Assembly (NCBI GenBank): GCA_000002445.1
Contig: CP000071.1
Coordinates: 160,001-224,000, forward strand
Source: Trypanosoma brucei
Lineage: Eukaryota
Direction: 5' to 3'
DNA length: 64,000 bases
Under the pieces are notes generated by a model. It ran no database searches and was not told the DNA's origin. It worked only from the letters and a program-made list of their open reading frames with translations. A program made the translations under genes and the position numbers. Below, piece by piece: positions 24,411-36,483 of the stretch (its first letter is position 1; each line of letters begins with the position of its first letter).

Positions 24411-25391
24411 TTACTTACAGCGGAGAAGCCGTGTGGCCTCTTCACTACCCGATGCAGCGGCTGCTTCCAACCATTCACGCGACTTTCCTCGCAGTTCAGC
24501 CACTGTATTATCATCACACACACCCACTGCCCTAGAAGCCGCCGCTTCTGCCGCCCGCCAAAGTAATTTCCCCACGTTCAACTGCGCCATCGTGTGTCCC
24601 AACTCTGCAGCACCACGGTACAACCTCAGTGCTTCACCCCAATCTGATGGTAGACATTTACCACCTATTTCTACACCATCTTCATACATCACCCCGAGTT
24701 CGTACATCGCGGGAGCATAACCCGAATCCGCAGCACGTTCAACCCATGTGAGAGCTGCAGTTAAATCAATTGGGACACCTACACCATCGCGCAGACAGAG
24801 ACCCACTTGTAGCATCGCCCCGGCGTGTCGTGATGCTATGGCGCTGTCAAGAAGTTTCAAAGCATCATCTATGTCCCCGGGGGCGTTCTTCTGTTTCAGA
24901 AGAAACTCTGCCAGTGGCACCGTTACTAAAGAGAGTCCTGAGTCTTTTCCAGTGGGAGTGCAGTTGTTCATACAAAAGGACTTGAGGATTGACGCCGCGG
25001 CGGCTTCAGTGGAGGCTTCACAGGCCTGCACCAGCGCCAACACGTGCGGCCGCGGGGCAGCGGCAGCCGACAACGCCGATGAGGCGCGACTTGGCGGGGC
25101 AGCGGCTTTTCGCATCCGCCGGCGTCGTTGCAGCTCTGCCAGAACTTGTTGCACGTCGTTTTCAATAACAGATCTATCAGTTTGGTCCTTTGCATGCAGT
25201 AAATATCGAAGTTGCTCTTCCAGGCTTCCATGTTGTTGCGTTGGTACCGAAAAAGTTGTGGTGGAACTGTACAAATCTTTTGGTCTGGGCGCTCGAAGGC
25301 CTTCGGTTGGAGGTGAAGGTTTCAACACACGTGTTTGCAGCGTGGAAATGGATCTAATGTCCGTTTGCATTGAGGCACGATGTCCGGACAT
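24411..25391 (-). CDS. Sel1-repeat (TPR-like) protein
   Basis: The C-terminal half carries tandem Sel1-type repeats (AMYELGVMYEDGVEIGGKCLPSDWGEALRLYRGAAELGHTMAQLNVGKLLW; ...ALTWVERAADSGYAPA). Confidence 0.6.
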   Translation of the reverse strand: MSGHRASMQTDIRSISTLQTRVLKPSPPTEGLRAPRPKDLYSSTTTFSVPTQQHGSLEEQLRYLLHAKDQTDRSVIENDVQQVLAELQRRRRMRKAAAPPSRASSALSAAAAPRPHVLALVQACEASTEAAAASILKSFCMNNCTPTGKDSGLSLVTVPLAEFLLKQKNAPGDIDDALKLLDSAIASRHAGAMLQVGLCLRDGVGVPIDLTAALTWVERAADSGYAPAMYELGVMYEDGVEIGGKCLPSDWGEALRLYRGAAELGHTMAQLNVGKLLWRAAEAAASRAVGVCDDNTVAELRGKSREWLEAAAASGSEEATRLLRCK

Positions 25392-25681
25392 CTCTACAAC
25401 TAGCTTTCATACATTGTTTTTTTTAAAAAAAAAGAAATTGAAAGCAGATTCATCTCGAGACTGATTACTTAAACGCACACGCAAGTAACAGTTGCAATAG
25501 ATGATTGTTGAATTGAATAGCACCCTTAATAAATAGTACCCCATCCCAGTAATATGAACAGATGCCATACAAATGCGTTAAGTTGTCCCCCTACTTTTTT
25601 GCGTATTAAAAGTGAAGAATAAATTAAAGAATAAAGCGTGAGGGCAATCGAAAATATTAAATGAAACATAGTGATCAGAGG

Positions 25682-25702
25682 CACACACACACACACACAC
25701 AA
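25682..25702. repeat. (CA)n microsatellite
   Basis: cacacacacacacacacaca. Confidence 0.95.
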
Positions 25703-26976
25703 AAAGGTAGTATATCCCTGCCGAGGTTGCACAAGTGTCTTCATAATATTAGTAATGTAGATGCACAGGACATTTGTGATTATTTACGCCAGATTCACTT
25801 GCCTTTAAGTAGCCACAACCGTTTCAACCTAAGAAGGGTGTTATGGAGAGGGACAATTATACGTACCGACATGTGCTTTACACCATTACAATGCGAAAGC
25901 ACCGCCATACACGCACATTGTTCACTTTTTCCTCTTCAATTTTTCAAAATAATAAAACGCAACAGAATTTTTAAAAAAAAAATCATAACGTCAAAAGAGA
26001 AGGAAGTTTACGACAAGTTCAAGGTGGCAGTTGCGTACTGGTGTCAGCGACAAAATTTCCAGCACCAACACACCGTTACTTTCATATATGAAGTCATGAA
26101 GAATCAATTCTGATTGGAACCACCGCGTCACTGCATTTACCTCGCACTTTCGAGTACTACATAGGGGAGACAACCTCTAACAAAAAAAAAAAAGCAAATG
26201 CTTCCGCGTAAAAATTATAAAAAAACAACATCTCGTCACAACACTCTGCAGAGGAGTGTATCTTCCAGAACACACAACAGCGTCACTGCCATTACGAAAA
26301 GTAGAAAAGTGTCTGTGGTTAATCCTATGCAGTGAAGGTGATTAAAAAAAGAAAAAACATCCTCACACTCAGCAACAGAACGTTTAAAATGTCATCAGTG
26401 AAAGATTCGGTGGAGAGTCCATAAATTTCATTTACTCAAACAACTGTGGATAATAAGAATTTTTATCTTCTGACACAACATATGCCACAAGAAATTGACC
26501 CTCACACTTTACAAGTACCGTTACACACACAAAAGAAAATTATCCCAGAGAGTCACCTCAATCGCAATAGCAACTGCGGTACCAAAAGATAAAACAAACG
26601 GCACACATTTGTTTGGATGCTAGGAAACGTTCACGAATCACTACCATTCAAAATTTAGTGAAAGGGAGTACGGCAAAAAGGATCCTCCGCAAGCTTTACG
26701 GTATTAAGAAAAAAAAAAGTACCGAAGTTTAATTTCAAGCTGCGGTGGAATAAAAGGACGAATGAGCCACATAGAAATTAGGTACCGTCAATTCATCCGG
26801 AAGCAACGATATGCACTACGCATCGTCTTCACTCTCAGTTCTCAGTTGTATTTCGCGCAAATGGAGAGCGGAACCTTGTTGCTGCTACTACATTTTTGTT
26901 TAAATAAAAAAAAACGTGGCACAAAACCAAAATGGACAATGTCGTAGCACCAGATATGTAAAGGAGCTTTACAAAA

Positions 26977-27010
<34 letters not shown>
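26977..27010. repeat. (TA)n microsatellite
   Basis: atatatatatatatatatatatatatatatat. Confidence 0.95.
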
Positions 27011-27012
<2 letters not shown>

Positions 27013-27366
27013 CAAAGCATCTCCCAACAAACGAGGGAAGGAAACACACTATTGCATTTCAAAGCAGGTTAGAAATAATAAAATATGGTGTCACAGGGCG
27101 TTTGAGAAGGTATATGTCCATATTCACCTGTGAGTAAACAACCTGTTAAGCCGTAAGTTAATGCTGGCTATGTCAATAAAAAGGCAAGTCGCAGCGACTA
27201 CCCGACACACCCACCAAGTTGCTACTCCCGTCGCAGCAAATATAAATAAATAACAATAAGGGGTAATAAAGTTACTACAAACGAATGTGAACGACTAAAG
27301 AATTACATGATGTTTCATAACCTCCATAACAACGCACAACTTCGACTAAGTGACGCGAACACTAGC

Positions 27367-28239
27367 TTACGGGGTGGAGAGAGCAGAAGCTTCCTTGATA
27401 ATTTCATTGTTTCCGAAATAGCAAACTACACCGGAGCGTTGTGATAACTCCTGTTTCTTTCCAGCGCAGTGCACAGAAGAGGTGCTTGTCTCCGCCTCAG
27501 TAGCAACCACATCACTGCAATGCAGGAAATCTATTACAATCGCCTTACCGCACGTCTCCACCGGCAATCCTCTAACGAACCATTTCGCAATCTTCTCAAC
27601 TGCTCGTGTTTTCTCCGCCCTGTCTAATAAACCTGGCCGGTAGATGGACAACCGCGATAGTTGAAGTTCCTCTACTGAAGCATCTGCTCGACCTTTCGTT
27701 TGTGGATAAAGAAAGCAAGAGTTCTTGTTAGCCAGTTGTGCGCTCACCTGCGCATAGTTAAGGAGGGTTGAACCACTAAATCTTTTTACTGCCTCTGCAA
27801 AGGCAACAACATAGTCATAATCACAGCGTTTGAATTTGGTGGCACTCCCTGCATCACGGCGAGTGGTCCCAAGGCACATGGCAACGTACGTGTGGCCGCT
27901 GAATATATCGCGGTAACGCACCTCCGCGGAGCTCTGCGTCTTCCTATGAGTTTTGTCAGCATTCTCTCGTTGTTCCTCCCAGAAACGGCAGAAATCCTCC
28001 CAATCGAACGTTACGGTGTGCAGACGGGCTATTTGCTCTCTAGTTAATAATGAAGAAGCTTCCTTTTCAGTCTTGTTACCATTTATGCCCTCCAGCGAAA
28101 AACCGAAAAGTGCCGCAACATCTTCCGATGGGCAACTCCTTGTGAGGGCCGCGACGCGAATAAACTCCTCACGCCGCAGAGCCTCAAACACCACACGGCG
28201 GCCAATCGCACCTGTTGCACCCGCCACTAGTAGAGACAT
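27367..28239 (-). CDS. NAD(P)-binding Rossmann-fold protein, NmrA/HTATIP2-like
   Basis: The N-terminus MSLLVAGATGAIGRRVV is a GxxGxxG dinucleotide-binding motif. 290 aa. Confidence 0.5.
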   Translation of the reverse strand: MSLLVAGATGAIGRRVVFEALRREEFIRVAALTRSCPSEDVAALFGFSLEGINGNKTEKEASSLLTREQIARLHTVTFDWEDFCRFWEEQRENADKTHRKTQSSAEVRYRDIFSGHTYVAMCLGTTRRDAGSATKFKRCDYDYVVAFAEAVKRFSGSTLLNYAQVSAQLANKNSCFLYPQTKGRADASVEELQLSRLSIYRPGLLDRAEKTRAVEKIAKWFVRGLPVETCGKAIVIDFLHCSDVVATEAETSTSSVHCAGKKQELSQRSGVVCYFGNNEIIKEASALSTP

Positions 28240-28553
28240 CCACCAAAAAACGTGCGCTAAAAGTTAATCAAATTTAACAATAAGGAATTCAACACGTGAG
28301 TGGTCGGCAGCAGTTGCCCTCTGTCTGAGATAATGTACCTGTGACCTCCTTTGTCGCTGTGGAACCACCTAACAGTGAATTAAAAAAAAACAAAACGGAA
28401 AGATCGCTGTAAAAATCTGCGAACTAGGCAAACATATAAAACCAACTGACGTCGTCAGATTGCCGTAACGTAGGAATGGCTGCCACAAAGTGGCGAAGTT
28501 AACAATGGCAACAACACGACTAAAAACATTACACGTCTTATGAATTACACCCT

Positions 28554-29114
<561 letters not shown>

Positions 29115-29789
29115 TTAGTGTAATTGACAGAAGAGAGTGATTCATAAAAATAAAAAAAAAGAAATCCAGTGGCCCACAAAAACTAATTATCTACACAGCT
29201 AATGTGGAGCAGGGCAAGTGAGTGCAGTGTGTGGACTAGTGTTCGCATTTTTTTTTCCTCAAAAGGTAGCTCACGCCACGTGTATGACGCTGATACTAGC
29301 AAACAGTAACTGCAAACAAAGAGCCGTTACGCATTTATGTAGACATAACAGTTTTTTCCTTTAGATTCATACACACGCAGTAACCGATGTTTATCTGCAT
29401 CAAAGCTCCGTGATTCGTCGAATCTTCATGATTTAGTTTTCCACACACTCTTTTATTAAAAAAGAGTGTGTGCAAAAACGCACTTGCAATACATCGAACG
29501 CAGCAGTACCCTATTTACCACACACACACAAAAGGAGGAAAAAAAAAGGAAAACAATTTTCACCTTTCCTGCTTCCCCCCCCCTCGTAAAAACCCTCGAA
29601 CGCACGCACTGGCAACAAATTTTCCGAAAAGATTACGGACAAGGATAGTCGCTGCAACCACTACTCTGCACCAAACATCAGATGTTGTTATCACTCACCC
29701 ACTTTTCCTACGCGCCACTTCCATGTGGTGTTGCAGGTGCTATTACACGCGGGTTCATTTCTTCAATAGAACTGATCCTTTAGGGGGGG

Positions 29790-29811
29790 AAATAATAATA
29801 ATAATAATAAT
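29790..29811. repeat. (AAT)n microsatellite
   Basis: aataataataataataataat. A second (AAT)n lies at ~43953-43972. Confidence 0.9.
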
Positions 29812-30378
29812 ACAGGAGGCAGATAAGGGCATGGATGATGATTTAGGAGAGGAAGAAGATATAATGTTAACCAGGCATAGTCGTAACTGGAACCCTGCAA
29901 ACACGCACGCACATTTAGAGTAAGAAACTTACCAAAAAGAAAACCAAAAATCGGGGAAAGGGAACTTCAGCGACATTAACAACAAAGGCCTGACTAACGC
30001 TCCCCTCCATAAAGATACATCCGCACAATAATTAACAATTCAGGAGAATAACGGCAGATAACCACGTCAGCGTGAGGCTAACAGAGAATGCTGTTGATGT
30101 ACCTTTGTGATTACATGTCTGATGGCAGCATCAGTTTGTCTCCTGGCACTTCTTACTTCTTTGTTCCTCTTTTCTGCTACCATACACAAATTGAACTTCA
30201 CCTTCCCTCACTTCTGAACAATATCTTCAACCACCGACATAATCAATCTGCCCCTACACATCCATCTTCCCGACGGTTAGTCTTGTCTATTATCTATCGT
30301 TCAATGATATCATTTCAAGCAAAATAATAAAAAAAAATAAATAAATGTGCACTGGCTATAATTTTAATGGACATCACC

Positions 30379-30726
30379 TCACGCGAGCCTCTTGATAATG
30401 TGCAACCCACTGTCAGTTTGAACAATAGGGCTTATATCGCCAATCTTGAGGGCCCGAACGGCATCTTCAAACGGCTTCATCATCTCCCCACTAGAAAAGA
30501 AACCCAAATCCCCTCCAGAAGCGTAACTTCCACAGTCACTGCGTTGTGAAGCCGCCTCTTCAAAACTCACCTCTCCAGAGGCAATGCGTTGCGACCACTT
30601 CTGCAGTTCCTTGATGGCGTCCTCGTATGTCACATCTGCAGTAGAATCTCCAGTACGACGCGAAACCGGATTGCGGCTGCCACTGAATTTCACCAGCAGG
30701 TGAGCTGCTCTCAGCTTTTCGGACAT
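30379..30726 (-). CDS. PIN1: parvulin-type peptidyl-prolyl cis-trans isomerase, Pin1-type lacking WW domain
   Basis: 115 aa. AHLLVKF...SGSRNP (phospho-Ser/Thr-Pro binding basic loop) and the C-terminal GDLGFFSSGEMMKPFEDAV...DSGLHIIKR PPIase motifs. Confidence 0.8.
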   Translation of the reverse strand: MSEKLRAAHLLVKFSGSRNPVSRRTGDSTADVTYEDAIKELQKWSQRIASGEVSFEEAASQRSDCGSYASGGDLGFFSSGEMMKPFEDAVRALKIGDISPIVQTDSGLHIIKRLA

Positions 30727-31054
30727 GAAGCGCTGATGTCGAAACCCTTAATTATTTGACCTCGGAAACGGCTCTCACGTAATTAAATGTAATGTTAGAA
30801 GAAGATAGAAATTTTTGTAAACGGGGCCACCTTAACCGCATTGCTTCCACATTCTCCTCATGGCACAGATTATTAAATCCAGGGATGCACCACAACCTTT
30901 CACTACCATCAGCGTCATCACAATAAAGAGGTGTGTGAACGCTGGGAAAGGTGTGGGAAAATAATCACTCAACAAATGATTGTTAACCAGAAAATATAAA
31001 ATAGCTGTTAGAGTGTGTACACCAAGAGCATGACGTACCGTAGATGAAGTAATG

Positions 31055-31100
31055 TATATATATATATATATATATATATAGGTAGGTAGGTAGATAGATA
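31055..31100. repeat. (TA)n followed by (GGTA)/(GATA)n microsatellite
   Basis: tatatatatatatatatatatatata ggtaggtaggtagatagata. Confidence 0.95.
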
Positions 31101-31286
31101 ACTCCTCCACGCCACCATTCAAGAAGGAACGGAGGTAATATGCTAACGAAAAAAGTGGAAAAAAAACTTATCATTTGCGTATCAACAACTAGACATGAAT
31201 ACGCACACTGAATATCTATGAACACCTGGTTTCAAAGGACCCGCAAACACACAATAGGTAGTCCCACCTGAGTGCCATGCATAGAG

Positions 31287-34283
31287 TCAGTTCACCCTTC
31301 GGGCGCGATTGCATAAATACGCGATCGAACAGACGCGCAACCCAATGGCTAATGCCCGCGCCGCGAGCTCAACGGTTTCCGTGCAAACGTATACCGCGCC
31401 GTTTCCGCTATACCTGCTTACAAGGAAAGAAGCAAACATTAATGTGGAGTGATGCTGCTCTCGAGAGCGCTCGCCGAATCCGATCACACTCGGAGCATCC
31501 TTTTCACCCGTATCAGGGGACGAGTTTAGCATTAGTAGTGGAGACAGCGACCTCCATTCTTGGATCACCGGCGGAAGCGAATTAGCCTCGCCCTCACGCT
31601 GTTCATCCAAAAGAAAGTCACATTTTGCATTTTCCATAATGCTAAGAGCACAGCTCACTACTTCAACAAAATCATAGCTAAAACCAGTCGAACATGGAGT
31701 GCTAGAGCAAGTGCTGCAGAAACTATGAAGTGTTGGCGTCGTAACGCTGCTCACTTCCTTAACATCCGTCGACGCCAAGAACAGTAGTTCTTCCTTCACC
31801 ACTCGCGGAACTCTCATCATGTTCCCGCGTTCAGTAAATATTGTTTGATACAATGATGTGGGACCCGTCATGTTAGTTAACGCTAGTAGCGACGTCGTGT
31901 CCATTACTAACAACGCACCCTTTACGCGTGCCGCATCTTCCGTGTTGGACAGGACTCGTCGGCGCAGAGTTGAAAACATAATGTATTGCGGCATGTATCT
32001 CTGGCGGAATTGCTCTACCATGCAAGAAATATTTTCAGCGTCATAGGTAAGGTTTTCCACGACCTCTTTCTTGACGGCACCTCCGTTATCATCATCCGAG
32101 GCTTCGAAATCCTCAACATCGTATGGACCCCAAGGATTCATTTTGTTTCCGTTGTCGATAAGTTTTTTTTCTGCCTCCCTATGCTCGGTGCCGACAAACT
32201 CCAGTGCCCTGTAGTATGCTAATGCCTTAATGTTGGGATTCACCCGCTGGGCGTCGAAGTTTTCAATCACCAGGTTCGCCACGTCAGTACACCGTGAAAG
32301 GGCCACATATGCTTGTCCCTCCTCAAAAATACCGGCGAAGTCAACATTCACATGCGAAAGAGACATGCCCTGTGACTTGTGTATAGTAATAGCATACGCC
32401 AACTGAAGAGGAATCTGAATGCTGCAACTAACATCAGAGTCGCCTTGACGCATTGTCCATCGATGTGGTTCAATTACCACCAACCGACCAGCAGCCGCAC
32501 CACCACCATCTCCTGGCCCCTGCTTACCTTTGTGATCGAAGCGAACTACTGGTAGCATCATGTGGTCAGCCAAATGTTGCAGGTCATCCTTCGTCGAAGG
32601 ATTTGCGGTCTGATGTAATTTGCTGCTAACGAAACTTTCGACGGTTCCAATACTACCATTCGCCAGACCGGCACTAAGATCCAGGTTAGCTAGAAGCATC
32701 ACACGGCAACCAGCTCGCACGGATACCGTGGAAGGCAAGTCAGATGGGAAATGACCCTCGCCACGGTGCGCCCCCTTGTAGCTGTAAATCTCTGTGTCGA
32801 GTTCACCAAACTTTTCTGTGTTTATGGCATCAACCTCAGAACGGCGCGCACGCAAGATGGTGAAACCATCCTGACGTTGTCGTCGCGTTCTACCCTTACT
32901 GTCCGTAATAATGTCAACAGCTTCAGCTCCTACCTCCCGTTTCAACTTCAGTTTCTCCTCATCGACAAACGATACAGTGGTAATGACCGATAATGAGCTT
33001 AACAGCCCAAGAGACGGGGCAGTTAGGGCGCCAACACGAACTTCGTTAAGAAGCGAGAAGAATTCCTTATCCTTCTGCCTGAATTGATGAGACAACGTGC
33101 ACACCAGCGGGTTGACGCGGGGCCAAGACTTCGCTTCAAAACACAGGCGAGTTTCTTGTTTAGGGCTGTGCTTATTTACCGGTGGAAGCTGCAGAAAATC
33201 ACCGGATAGCACCAACTGAATACCACCAAAGGGCTTTCGACACCCTCGAATGTGCCGTGCGACGTACTCCAACATGTCAAAGAACCATGCATCCAACATA
33301 GATACCTCATCCACAACGAGCACGCGGCACTTTCTCCAATTAGCCCTAGCTTTCTTTCGTCCAAGAACATTTCTATATACCATTTGATGTGTGCTGGTAT
33401 GTTGGTCAACGAAGCCACATCCTGAAAAACTGTGCAGTGTCGTCCCACCCAAATTAAGTGCCGCTAACCCGGTCGTTGCGGTGACGAAGGTGGTGGAAAG
33501 TGGTAGTGCAGCAATGATTGCACGAAGGAGGTGGGACTTGCCCGTACCTGCACCACCAGTAAGAAATACGGAGCGGCGGTGGTTTACGACAATATCAAAG
33601 ATACGCTCTTGTTCGTGAGACAGCTCCCATTCCGGCACTTGTGTGACAGCTTGTTGGGCCTGTTGTTTTGGGGTGCAATTAGACGAAGACGAGTCAAGTA
33701 AAAGCTTTCCTCTCTGTTTCGACGCTGCAGTGGTGGTGTTGTCGACGTTCTCCGAAGCCCCGCATCCCCCATCATCGTTCTGCTGCGAAATTCCGGCGGA
33801 TTTCGATGCTGGTGGAGAATGCTTATTAACGGTAACGTGGTTCAGGTTCAGTTTACTAGAATCAACTCGCTCTTCCATGTCGCAGGAATGCAACGCCAAA
33901 TCAGATTGTGCTCCGTTGTTTTCTGCGGGCCCTTGAGCATCTTCCGTGCGCAAACGAGACAGAACCTCAGCCTGGCTAGCTTGAGACAAGTCGTCACGTT
34001 GCCGCTTCGTCATAATAACCACATTGTTGTCACTGGCTGCGTTGCTGTCACCGCTCATCTCCAACTGAGAGCTGGTGGCAGGTAACTGTTGCTCTTCGAT
34101 ATAACCAGCAGACGCCTGACCTTGAAGAATTTCAGATGCGGTTTCCCCCTCGGAAGGGGAAGTAGTTGTGGGATGTATGGCAGATTGGGTGAGGGGACAA
34201 CCAGACGAGCGAAGCTTCGCAACTGTACGCAGGTTCTGGCGACTTCGTAGCGGCCCATCCCACATCTGAGAAAAATTCCACAA
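31287..34283 (-). CDS. PIF1-family 5'-3' DNA helicase
   Basis: 998 aa. Walker A VFLTGGAGTGKSHLLRAI, Walker B VLVVDEVSMLD, and PIF1-type motifs (GDFLQLPPV; ITIHKSQGMSL). Gln-rich N-terminal extension. Confidence 0.85.
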   Translation of the reverse strand: MWNFSQMWDGPLRSRQNLRTVAKLRSSGCPLTQSAIHPTTTSPSEGETASEILQGQASAGYIEEQQLPATSSQLEMSGDSNAASDNNVVIMTKRQRDDLSQASQAEVLSRLRTEDAQGPAENNGAQSDLALHSCDMEERVDSSKLNLNHVTVNKHSPPASKSAGISQQNDDGGCGASENVDNTTTAASKQRGKLLLDSSSSNCTPKQQAQQAVTQVPEWELSHEQERIFDIVVNHRRSVFLTGGAGTGKSHLLRAIIAALPLSTTFVTATTGLAALNLGGTTLHSFSGCGFVDQHTSTHQMVYRNVLGRKKARANWRKCRVLVVDEVSMLDAWFFDMLEYVARHIRGCRKPFGGIQLVLSGDFLQLPPVNKHSPKQETRLCFEAKSWPRVNPLVCTLSHQFRQKDKEFFSLLNEVRVGALTAPSLGLLSSLSVITTVSFVDEEKLKLKREVGAEAVDIITDSKGRTRRQRQDGFTILRARRSEVDAINTEKFGELDTEIYSYKGAHRGEGHFPSDLPSTVSVRAGCRVMLLANLDLSAGLANGSIGTVESFVSSKLHQTANPSTKDDLQHLADHMMLPVVRFDHKGKQGPGDGGGAAAGRLVVIEPHRWTMRQGDSDVSCSIQIPLQLAYAITIHKSQGMSLSHVNVDFAGIFEEGQAYVALSRCTDVANLVIENFDAQRVNPNIKALAYYRALEFVGTEHREAEKKLIDNGNKMNPWGPYDVEDFEASDDDNGGAVKKEVVENLTYDAENISCMVEQFRQRYMPQYIMFSTLRRRVLSNTEDAARVKGALLVMDTTSLLALTNMTGPTSLYQTIFTERGNMMRVPRVVKEELLFLASTDVKEVSSVTTPTLHSFCSTCSSTPCSTGFSYDFVEVVSCALSIMENAKCDFLLDEQREGEANSLPPVIQEWRSLSPLLMLNSSPDTGEKDAPSVIGFGERSREQHHSTLMFASFLVSRYSGNGAVYVCTETVELAARALAIGLRVCSIAYLCNRARRVN

Positions 34284-35480
34284 ACCCTAAATTCTATGTC
34301 CGCACGGAGGAATCCTTATGTGAAGATAATATAAAGGTTGGGTAAAGAATGCTCATTCAGGTGGCCATTACTACCCCTTCCACTTACCAAGTAGAAATGT
34401 TCGTGACAGTGCTACCGAATTTTGATAACATAAATAGGGTTTACCTCTCGAAATTGTTCAACCAAATCGTTCTAAAGGATAACTCCTTCTGTTTCTCCTT
34501 TAAGCCATGCATTAAAGTTTACTGCAACCCAATAAAAAGGCGAATCACCAAGCGGTTACAACAAATGAAAAATAAATGTGGGATAAGACCGTCGTACCTG
34601 CACGAAAAATATGATAACTCACAAGCCCGTCAAAACGATGGTTGGCATCTCAACACGTGTCACAAACATCCCTGAGAGAGTGCTTTAAAGGTTTAACCAA
34701 AGAAGAAAACAAACGCAAAAAAAAAAAAGGCGTCCATTACAAAAATAAGATAACAATGGGGTAAAGCGAGTGGTCTTCCCCCAAACTCCTTTAGCATATG
34801 TACGCACTGTAGCATGTCGAAGGAGCAAGACATAAGTTGCATCATTACGAAAAAGTGGCATTAATATAAAAAATTGTGTGTCCCAATTTGTATAAATCTG
34901 CTTGCCCTCATTCTTTCCCCCGCTTGCAAGGAAAAGTTGAGCCTTGTTCTTTTTTTTTAAATTTTTTCAGTTAAACTGTAACCGCGATGCGCATTCGCCA
35001 ATAATCATGTGTAAGGGAGAAAAATGACACACACACTAATGGCATGAGTCAAATAAATGCGGCACACCTCCCAGAAAGACGGCATAATACACTAAAACTA
35101 ATGATAGGAACAAAAAAGGAAGAAAGGAAGAATGTTTTTCCTTAAATGAAAGAATTTAAAAGATTTTGCAATGAAAGTTTGGAGTGTGCCACAACTGACA
35201 AATCGCCAGGGGGACCCAATACCGATTAAAGTTTATTCACCTCATATGGTGACATAAAGGCGACAGAGAAAAAAAAAAAAGTAAAACAGAGTACAAAAAT
35301 TGTGGTTCGTGAGATGTAGAGGAAACGTACAAGGGACGCACAAAACTGATGTGTGTTGATTTTTGAGAAAGCTGTGTGAAAGATTAAAAAAAAACAATCT
35401 CCTCACTGCAACATCAATTCCTTTTCCCTTGACCATTCTTCAAGCATTGGTGGCGGTTTCCCGTTCCACACTCCTCCCCA

Positions 35481-35508
35481 CACAAACACACACACACACA
35501 CACACACA
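35481..35508. repeat. (CA)n microsatellite
   Basis: cacaaacacacacacacacacacacaca. Confidence 0.95.
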
Positions 35509-36483
35509 TGTAGCGACCTTCTTCTCTTTCCACTGCCAATATAAATCAGAGACGTTAAAATGCCTGACGTGGCCACCGGACTTTAGTCTCTTCTACACAA
35601 CAATTAAACAGAAGATAAGAAGCTAGTACATACATATATATGTACACATTACAAGAAAAAAAAATTATGTACGCATCTTATCTCCCGGCGCATCTCTTCC
35701 CCTCCTTCACAACACTTGCTTTCCTTTTCCTGTCTTTTTTTCCGTTTGTTCTTTCCCGCTTCATTGATCATCTCTCTCCTATACTCCACATATTTGCTTC
35801 GTAATAAGAAAGATAAAAGGGAGGGACGAAAATAAAAAAGAAAAAAAAGCGCACACACAAAAAAAAAAACAGGGACAACACCTGTTCACGTAGTCGCTTC
35901 ACCGTGCAGAGTGCTGCTGCATGATTGTAAGTCATGAAGAGGTAAAAAGGGGTGGTGAGAGGTCAAAGGATATATGAATGCGTATATATATATATATATA
36001 TATACGTATGTTTATACAAATGTACATGTGTAAACATGCGTATGTGTGTGTAGGTGTATGAAGAGAGGAGGAAAGAAAGTATGGCTGCAACAAACAACGT
36101 TAACAAAAAAAAAAGGAAAACAAGTAACAAATTTAGGGTGAGTGGTACAGATGCATGCATATACGTACACACATAAATATAGATATGTTGATATATCAAA
36201 CACCCCGTGGACACAGTGCATATGCATCTAAAGGAGAAAACAGAAGAAAAATAAAAATGAAAAATCATAAAAACACAACATGGGTGAGCAACCAAGTAAA
36301 GGAAACAACCCAGCAGAAAAAAAAAAGGAAAACAAAAAATGAGGAAATTATGTGGCTGTATCACACTCTCTATAACTGTGTGCCCCTCCTCCTTTTTGCC
36401 ACCAAAGCATATAAACAATTCGTTGATAGATATTTACACACTTACTTATGGGTTGTGCCGCAATAGTGCGCGTTGCATCCTCC